Below, piece by piece: positions 34,692-42,874 of a stretch of 42,874 bases of DNA. Each line of letters begins with the position of its first letter. The first letter of the stretch is position 1. Where the stretch lies: the NCBI RefSeq assembly GCF_001194135.2, contig NC_068994.1:18459942-18502815 (forward strand). Direction: 5' to 3'. The position numbers and the translations under genes are program-made. The stretch comes from Octopus bimaculoides (taxonomy: Eukaryota). The notes beneath the pieces are model-generated. The model saw nothing but the letters and a program-made list of their open reading frames with translations, was not told where the DNA came from and did not search any database.

Positions 34692-34920
34692 TTCAACCCT
34701 TTAACATTCAGATTATTCTGTGAAATGTAGTGCTTATTTATCCATATTGTTTTGAATTAATCATGCATTATCTTGTAGCTTTAAGATTTCAATGATGTGA
34801 CTGTATCTTTTTAGAATGACAATGAAAGGTAGGCAAAGGAACCCAGATCTGGCCAGTTTGAACATAGAACAGGTAGAATATTTGGGCTGGATATGGCCAG
34901 TTTAAATGCTAAAGGGGTGA
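34692..34920 (+). mobile_element. piggyBac-like MITE family A
   Basis: Homologous to 1686; ends TTTAAATGCTAAAGGGGTGA. Confidence 0.85.
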
Positions 34921-36284
34921 GCTCTATCATAACAGGCTAAAGTTACAGATTAAGTTCTTGAATTGTGGATTAAAGAGAAGGGAGAATCAAAGGTTTTCTT
35001 CTGGATAACTGTAGCATAAATTAAGCCCAATAGAATCAATGGTAACTAAGTATACATATATAATCACTTTGTGACATATATGATATAGAGGGATTATTCA
35101 GATTAGATAGATGACTTTCGTATTATACCAATCAATGGGACTTTAATGATAAGTTTAAACTGGTCACTGTACTACAGAGATGGGTTTTGGTCATTAGACA
35201 GGAGTCATAGAAGTAAAGAGCCTTTAAACAATTCTATTTGGAATAGTAAAGAGGAAGTCAAAAGTCATCTTTATGGATTTTGAGCATAATTTCTCAAGTA
35301 GATCTTTATGAATGTAAATGATTTAAAAGGGAAGCAAATATCTACTTGATTAGAGAGTGGCATTCAGAGAATACTAGTCATAATAGAAATGAACAGAGAC
35401 AAAGATTCTTGAAAGTAAGAAGCCTTCTTATCATTCTCATTAATGAATATGATTGGAAGAGACAGGCTTAAAATGAGATGTTGAGTGTCAATTCATTCTA
35501 CATAAAGAAAAAATATATACTTTTATATAAGTAATAATCCCATTTATAAAATGAATACAATTTTATGGTTCTATTCTTGGAATAAAAAGTTAGTTGCATT
35601 AAAAAGGAAATACAATGCAAATCTTAGAGAATATATAAACCATTGTAGAGAAAGATGACACATATGCAAAAGTGCAATAATTTTTCTAGACAAAGGAACA
35701 GAGGCTGTGAGGCAAAAGAAAGAATAATGGGGACCATGTTCCTTGCAAACCATCCCAGATGGTTTGAGTTGATGGGCAGAGAACAAGCTTCAAAGGGCTG
35801 CAAAGTGTTTAGAGTAAAATGTTGAGTTGTGAGACACACAAAGTTGATAAGTAGAGTTGATGAGTTGGGTAGATACAAGAACAGCAAGTGTATTTGAAGG
35901 TGATATACATGTTATTATTTCAAACTGCTGGCTATTTACAACATCAATGACTGAATAAACATTATTCTATATATCGCTGGCAGCAAGATTTGGCTGTATT
36001 GGAGGCTTTTTGGCAGTGATTTGATGTCTGCCACTGAAGAAGTGCAGTAAGCTGAAATCATGTGATCTGGTAGCTTTGGTACCCATGCCAGATGAATCTT
36101 GTCTGCTAGAATATGTAATTTATGCCTATGTTTTTTATGTATCATGTGTCTATATGAGAGGACCACTCAAGATGAATACTGTAATATTCAGCTTTCTGTG
36201 TTATGTTGGATACAAAGATTATCTTTTGGTGTTAATGCTGGTCCTGTTGCAAATTAGAGTTTTTTATGTCCCCCATTTTATACT

Positions 36285-36497
36285 AACCAACTTGACACTG
36301 TCCCTGGTTCTATGTTACAAACTTCCTGTTTTAAAATAATCTAAATTAAAACCTTCCATCAAAGTTTCATGTCAATTTCTGTTCTAAACACCAGCTTAAT
36401 AATGACTAATTTATTCTACAAAATTCTGGATTATTTTCAAAATTAATTGGATCAGAAGCAACATATTTCATTAGAGATGTGGTAACAAAAAGGGTCA
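36285..36497 (-). mobile_element. piggyBac-like MITE family B (partial)
   Basis: Reverse-homologous to 7972-8202. Confidence 0.78.
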
Positions 36498-36632
36498 GTC
36501 AATAAAGTATCTTGAATATTCAGCCCTCCAGAACTGATTAAAAACATTATCAATGTTGAAGTATTGACAGCATATTATGAAAACTGACAAAAGACTTCTT
36601 GTTTCATACATCTAAGATATTAACTTCTACAG

Positions 36633-36685
36633 ATATTGTCCGTGGAATATTCACCCTAGTCAGCTCTTGAGAAGGTTTCATCGAA
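36633..36685 (+). other. weak candidate 53-nt exon
   Basis: ATTAACTTCTACAG acceptor and GAA|GTAAGA donor; only phase 2-1 is open (YCPWNIHPSQLLRRFHR). Confidence 0.25.
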
Positions 36686-36993
36686 GTAAGAAAGACTTTC
36701 CAGCTATACAATGTGATCTATGTCACAGTTATTTAACCCCAAGTTACCCCTACTTAAGGAGATCTTCTTCAAAGACATTCCAGCTGCAATCATTTTGTTT
36801 TGTTTTTTAAGAATATACAGGACTATATTAATGTGTCCTTTACTTATTCAAAATAACAGAGTGTGATTTAAGGGAGATTTGGTTGCTTTTTCTGGTACAT
36901 TGAGCAACCACGTAATGACACCCTAATTGGTTCAATAGTATCACTCATTGATTAGTGTTGTAGTTAAATTAATTTACTAATTACAACTAACTA

Positions 36994-37392
36994 TACTCTT
37001 TTACATGTTTCAGTCATATGACTGTACCCATGCTGGAGCACTGCCTTAAGGGTTTTAGTCAAAGAAATCGACCACAGAACTTATTCTTAGTAAGCCTAAT
37101 ACTTATTCTATCAGTCTCTTTTGCTAAACCACTAGGTTATGGGGACATAAACACATCAACATCAGTTGTCAAGCAATGGTGGAGGAACAAACATAGACAC
37201 AAAGACACACACACACACACATCTATATATGATGGGCTTCTTTCAGTTTCCATCTATCAAATCCACTCACAAGGCCTTGGTCAGCCTGAGGCTACAGTAG
37301 AAAACACTTCCTCAAGGTGCCATGAAGTGGGACTGAACCCGGAACCATGTAGTTGGGAAGCGAGCTTCTTACCACACAGCCACGCCTATGTA
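36994..37392 (-). mobile_element. SINE family A
   Basis: Full-length reverse copy. Confidence 0.9.
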
Positions 37393-37849
37393 CATAATAA
37401 AGCAAAAAGATTTAAGTATATTTGTTAGACATAAAGAATTTCCTCTTCCTCCACTTCAAAAGTCTTCCTTTCCATGTAAGGAAGTAAGACATTTATCTAA
37501 ATTTCTGATAGCAGTACTGTTGCTAAAATAACCAGGCTATCTCAAGTTGAAAGTTGAAGCAAAAGCTATTCTCTTGAATAGTAATACATTTCCTTTGCAT
37601 CATACCAGTAAGATAACAATAAGAAAGCAGGTGATATACAGGTAGAAAATATCAAATATGTTGTTCAAATCTATAGAACATGTCAGATATCTCATTTATA
37701 GTCTACTTTATATTTTTAAAATAACACTGTAGCTTCAATAATTCAAGTCAACAAAAAGCCTCTATGCAGTCACTGAAGTTGCTAGAAATAACAGCCAAAC
37801 AATTGACAACTCACAACTTAGAGTCTTTAATAAAGATACATTGGACCAT

Positions 37850-38114
37850 ATCACATGATCAGGTGACTGAGCAGGCTATCAGATGTTACACATCGCTGGT
37901 CACAATGTGCTTTTGCATTGCTTTAGTCTTCAAATGACGCCACTCTGCTGGTTAGGTGAACAGGCCAACAATCCCCCTTGATTGAAGGAGGACTGAAGCA
38001 ATGTGAAATGAAGTGTTTTGCTCAAGAACACAATGCACCACCTAGTCAAGGAATTGAACCATGAGCTAGCGTTCATGAGTACAACAGTCTAACCACTAGG
38101 CCACATGCCTTCAC
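37850..38114 (-). mobile_element. SINE with family D head and core and a different 3' module
   Basis: Reverse GTGAAGGCATGTGGCCTAGTGGTTA..TTGTGTTCTTGAGCAAAACACTTCATTTCAC, then ..GGCGTCATTTGAAGACTAAAGCAATG.. Confidence 0.8.
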
Positions 38115-38285
38115 ATTAGACATATGTTTTCACCAAAAGACAATCTTTGCATCTAACTTAATTAGACTATGTAGTTCCTGATAATCAAAACAAGATGGTC
38201 ATGGATGAAATACCTTTCATCTCTTATCAGGTCAGACACTACAAGAATCTGAATTTAATGCCTTAAATCTGTTTGAATATTCCAT

Positions 38286-38514
38286 TTAACCATTTTGATG
38301 CCAATCCATCTGAGACCACCCCTGGTTTTATGAGACAAATTTCCAGTTTTAAAGTGATTTAAATTAAAACCTTTCATCAAAATTTCATGATAATTTATTT
38401 TTCAAACACCAGCTTAATAATGACAAAGTTATTTTACTAAATTCTTCATTATTTTTCAAAATCAGATGAAACAAAGGAGGCAAATTTCAACAGATGTATG
38501 GTAACAAAAGTTAA
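38286..38514 (-). mobile_element. piggyBac-like MITE family B
   Basis: TTAA at both ends; reverse of 7972-8202. Confidence 0.85.
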
Positions 38515-38559
38515 ACAACTAAAGAGACGAATGGAAATACATTATCAAATTTATATAAT

Positions 38560-38596
<37 letters not shown>

Positions 38597-38980
38597 CCAG
38601 TCATGCTGCCTGCATGGATTCCCGTGACTCTCTGTCACCATCCAATTCCATTATTATGAATTTGAATTGGGAGCTCGAGTCATAGTGAATCTTTCATTAG
38701 CTAATTACACAACCATGGCCACTACTCCTATGGGTGCGTTGCAGTTACTCTCTTGATAGAGCTTGGTGAACCTGACTGTTGATCTTCTAGGATTCCTCTG
38801 CTCAGCACCAGTGTAAGAAGTACCATTGGCTCAGTTGAGCTCTTCTACTGCCTCTTCACAATCTGTTATGCTGCAATCTCAAGACTTCACCATATCCCTG
38901 GTAGGATGGTTAAACAGGTGCTACACCTTGTCAAAGGGCAACCTGTAACTATGCAAGGCACGGTTGTTGCTTCATGGGGT
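38560..38980 (-). repeat. unclassified retroposon-like segment with a (TAT)n tail
   Basis: (TAT)n run followed by about 400 bp of GC-richer sequence; no second copy in the window. Confidence 0.4.
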
Positions 38981-39131
38981 ATTTTCACAATATCCACATA
39001 CCCATAAATAAATTTATAATACTACCATTTTAATCAATGAAACCAGCATGTATATTGTATGAGTACTGTTTCTAGTCAACAGATATAATTGCAGACTTTT
39101 GGAAAAGTCTGTTACGTGAAAACATCCAATA

Positions 39132-39372
39132 CAGTGGTTATCAAACTGTGCACGACACCACAGTAATGTGCCTCAAGACATGTCTGGGTGTGCCATGGAT
39201 ATTTTTAAATAAAATTTAAGGCTCTAGAAAAGAAAGCAAACATTTTATATATCCTACTCTAAATTTTTAACTTGCAAAGTTCTTTTCTTTTTAAACATGC
39301 AATGTGAAGTACCTCAGCAAATTTTAGTTAATCTCTGAAGTGCCATGAAGTCAAAAAGATTGAGAACCATTG
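39132..39372. mobile_element. hAT-like MITE
   Basis: TIRs CAGTGGTTATCAA / TTGAGAACCATTG; TSD ATCCAATA / ATCTAATA (7 of 8 identical). Confidence 0.82.
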
Positions 39373-39504
39373 ATCTAATATGTCAAGGAGAATTGTTTGT
39401 CATTGATATTCTCAGTTGAACAATTTACTTTCCTCTCTCTGTGTGTATGACATAGGACTGGTAGTTTAGCAAAGTCAGATTTTAGATAAATTATTATTGT
39501 TTTA

Positions 39505-39855
39505 GTCCTTTACTTGCTTCAGCCATTGGCATGTGACCATGTTGGAGAACCATCTTGAAGTATTTCTAGTCAATCATATCAACTCCAGTACTTATCTATA
39601 TATTAAATATTATTTGCCAAAATGTTAAGTTACAGAATAATGCTTTTCAAGTGATGTCAATATAAGGACGTATAGAGAAAGACATGCAGATACATGCATA
39701 CACACACTACAATTTCCACCAGTCAATTTCATTCACAACACATTGATTCAGATTTACTCGGGGCTATAGTAGAAGGCAGTTGCTCAAGATACCAAGTAGT
39801 GGGACTGAACCCAATAATACATGGTTGTGAAATGAACTTCCTAACCACATGCCAT
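39505..39855 (-). mobile_element. SINE family A (old, degraded)
   Basis: TTTACTTGCTTCAGCCATTGGCATGTGACCATG ... GGGACTGAACCC. Confidence 0.75.
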
Positions 39856-40416
39856 GTCTATGTTTATTGGAAAAGAAGTTTTCACAGATCAATGAACTTT
39901 GCAATCATTCCTTTTAAAATTATTATTTAGCTGGAGGAAGAGGAACAAAGTCCATGACATTTGCAGATTCAACCACACTGATGAAGCCGGTGGGTGATAT
40001 TCATCTTGAACTTCTGTAGATTAATGCCTTTGAGAAAATCATGTGGAGAGAGTGAGTTTCAAAGATTTACAATTCAAATGTTTAGTTTGGGAATAGGTGG
40101 AATGAGATAAAGTAAAGAGGAAGTGAAGTGGGTGTATCAAGTAGCTGGTGTTGTCATTGTTTAGTCATCAAGTCAGTTCTGATCAAACAGATTCACACCT
40201 TTCAAATGTGACCATCTTAAGTGACATGGTGGGGTGTAATTTGAAACAAAGCTTTTGGCTGTTATTTCTAACTACTCAAATGAATTACAGAAGTTTACAT
40301 ACAGTTTGCTAGTTGAGCATAAATTTAACCTGTTGTCTAGTTTAACACAACCACATAGACTTCGGGTGTCTTTAGCAGAGTCCACTCTGTTGTAGCTTTC
40401 AGAGTAGGCTTTCTGT

Positions 40417-40646
40417 TTAACCCTTTAACATTCAGGTTACTCTGCCAAATGCAATGTTTATTTTTTTTAATACTGTTTTGAATTAATCATGCATTACCTC
40501 ATAGCTTTGAGATTTTGATGATGTGATTGCTTATTTTTAGAATGACATTGTAGGGAGAATTTGAGATACCACATCTGCTTGGGTTGAACATAAAACAGGT
40601 AGCATATTTGGGACAGATACAGCTAGCTTAAATGCTACAGGGTTAA
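40417..40646 (+). mobile_element. piggyBac-like MITE family A
   Basis: TTAACCCTTTAACATT ... AAATGCTACAGGGTTAA. Confidence 0.88.
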
Positions 40647-41184
40647 GGATAATCTCTTTCCATCTGACTCAGAGGCCCTGTAAACATTCCTGGGCACTGC
40701 CATATCACCTCTAAGTAAGGAATAAAAAGAAAGAGAGAGTGAAAATAGCAAGCACATCTTTGAACCAGTGACTGTAGTGAGTTTGTGGATTTTACTAACA
40801 TGCTGTTCAAGAGTAGAAAAGGTTTAGTATGTATAATTATTAAATTATGATGATATTTCAGGAAACTAGCTGTCATATAATGGTTAGTCTGAGTTTTAGT
40901 CTCTGTAAATAAAAGCAATGCCAATTTGAAATCCATATTTTGCAAGCAGATTATTCACTTGTGTAGGAAGGTTAAGAGGCTAAAAAAGAGATGAATGGTG
41001 TTATCATGAACTCGGGTTATAAATAACAGTGTTTTGAAGTAACAATTACAAGTCAATGTACTAAAGAATGAAAAATGTGAGAGATATAATACAACTCTGA
41101 GGTACACCACAGTTGACTGTATCAACAAACCTCTCAATAGATACTACATGGTAGTACATCTCAATATTATTATTTTTTTTTGTT

Positions 41185-41385
41185 TTTTTTAGAACCAGTT
41201 CAACTCTGATCTAGTTGACAATAACAATCCAGCCATGACTGTTGCATTTTCAAGCATAATGTACATCTACAGCTACATCATCCAATGTAGCCTTTATTGT
41301 TTAAGAATAGGGTGTGATATGAAGGAGATATGGCTGCTAATTCTAGCAGGTCAAGTAGCCTCATATAAAACTTCCTATGTTGCAT
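41185..41385 (+). repeat. dispersed repeat of unclassified family
   Basis: GGGTGTGATATGAAGGAGATATGGCTGCTAATTCTAGCAGG; similar fragments at about 36860, 40230 and (reverse) 20960-21040. Confidence 0.6.
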
Positions 41386-41514
41386 GTAGTACTAAATGGT
41401 AGAGCAGGCAATGTATAAGTATTTCTATCTTACAGAGTAGAGAGTATACAACTTATATAAGCTTGCAAGACCTATGTTTCATGGGCCCAAGCAAAATTGT
41501 TAAATAAAAAAAAA

Positions 41515-41800
41515 TGGTACTCCATCAATTATGACAATGAGGGTTCCAGTTGATCCAATTAATGTGAAAGTGGCTGAGCACTTTACAGACATGTATACTC
41601 TTAATGTAGTTCTCAGGGAGATTCAGTGTGACACAGAATGTGATAAGGCTGGACCTTTGAAATACAGATATTTTTCATTTTTGCCAGCTGAGCAGACTGA
41701 AACAATGTGAAGTAAAGTGTCTTTCTTAAGGATACAATGTGCTGCTGGGAATTGAACTCACAACCTTACGATACCCTAACCACAAGTCATGCATCATCAC
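41515..41800 (-). mobile_element. chimeric SINE: family D-like head and core joined to the family B 3' module
   Basis: Reverse reads ..AAGACACTTTACTTCACATTGTTTCAGTCTGCTCAGCTGG, then TTCAAAGGTCCAGCCTTATCACATTCTGTGTCACACTGAATCTCCC as in 15258-15647. Confidence 0.8.
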
Positions 41801-42518
41801 ATATAAATAGGCCTTCAGTCAATGTACATGAGTGTATTCTTTCTCCCACTTTTTTTAAAATGGATTCCCACTTTCAATTTGTCTTTCTTCAGATGCTACA
41901 GAGAAAGAGAGAACTGAAGAAAATATAAAAAGGAAAAAATAAAACTTAAAGAAAGAAACAAAGCAAGGAAGTGAAAGTGAAAGAAAAAGAGGAGAGAAAT
42001 CAAAAAAGATAAATGGAGAGAGGGAGAAAGAGAGAGAGACAGACACACACACATACATATGCATATATACGCATGCAGTGACTGTTGCATTATGTTGCTG
42101 GACTAGTGAAGGAATATTTAATTATGGTTTGAAACAAGATCACCTTAGGCTAATTAACTGAAAAGTAGGTGCCATTCTTAATGCAAAGTAAAATAGTGAG
42201 ATCAGTGATCTGTGAAAACACTTGCTTTAATAATATGTAAATGTGCGAATTTGTTGGAATCATCTTAGTCATGCTGGCATTGTAAAAATTAACGGCAAAG
42301 AGAAAAATGCAAAAATAATCAAGAGAAAAATGTCAGAAACAAATAAGTAGAAAGGATTTGTCAAGTAGTAGGAAGTGTTTGTAGTTAAAAGCTGTACTGT
42401 AATACTATTAAACTAAGTAAAGCTAATCCTGAAGTGTGAAAATGTGTTGGCCATTCCATTGCATCTACAAACACCAATAATGCTTTCAAAGAGAAAAAGA
42501 GTGAGAGAGAGGGAGAGA

Positions 42519-42528
42519 NNNNNNNNNN
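42519..42528. other. assembly gap (10 N)
   Basis: N run inside an AG-rich tract. Confidence 0.99.
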
Positions 42529-42617
42529 GGTATTAGTAGTTTGATGTAAGAGCTGCCATATGGATTTTTAACTTTGTAATCATACATTCATACACCTAGA
42601 CACATGTATGTACCTAC

Positions 42618-42664
<47 letters not shown>

Positions 42665-42690
42665 TGTGTTTGTGTGTGTGTGTTTGTGTC

Positions 42691-42874
42691 TGTAAGTGGT
42701 GGTGTAGCAAGAAGCTTGCTTCCCAACCACGTAGTTCTAGGTTCAGTCCCATTGAATGGCACCTTGGGTAAGTCTTTTACTGTAGCCATGGGTGGATTAC
42801 GACCTTGTAAGTTGATTTAGTAGACAGAAACTGAAAGAAGCATGTCGTGCCTCTGTGTGTGTGTGTGTGTGTGT
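42691..42874 (+). mobile_element. SINE family A 5' half, cut by the window edge, preceded by (GT)n
   Basis: GGTTCAGTCCC, CTTGGGTAAGTCTTTTACT and GAAACTGAAAGAAGC followed by (GT)n. Confidence 0.85.

Overview
AT-rich eukaryotic genomic DNA dominated by repeats, with three N gaps (6288-6625, 25031-25161, 42519-42528). The SINE, RTE and MITE families and the dense (AT)n/(CA)n/(AG)n microsatellites look like an octopus genome; this is pattern recognition, not a database match. I cannot identify any complete protein-coding gene, tRNA, rRNA or CRISPR array. Nearly all long ORFs in the supplied track come from microsatellites, SINEs or LINE remnants. The window reads as intronic or intergenic DNA. 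It carries about 25 SINE copies or fragments from at least four tRNA-headed families, two young inverted RTE LINE 3' fragments, and older RTE-X, L1/Tx1, Penelope-like and mariner fossils. It also has piggyBac-like and hAT MITEs and a Helentron/DINE-type element. In the unique sequence there are several candidate micro-exons on the + strand. On the - strand there is a candidate recursive-splice site with RS-exon architecture, and a 24-bp tandem array that may be exonic. The most interesting leads are the recursive-splice-like site, the micro-exons, the inverted repeat pairs as possible ADAR substrates, and SINE 3'-module swapping. None is proven from sequence alone.
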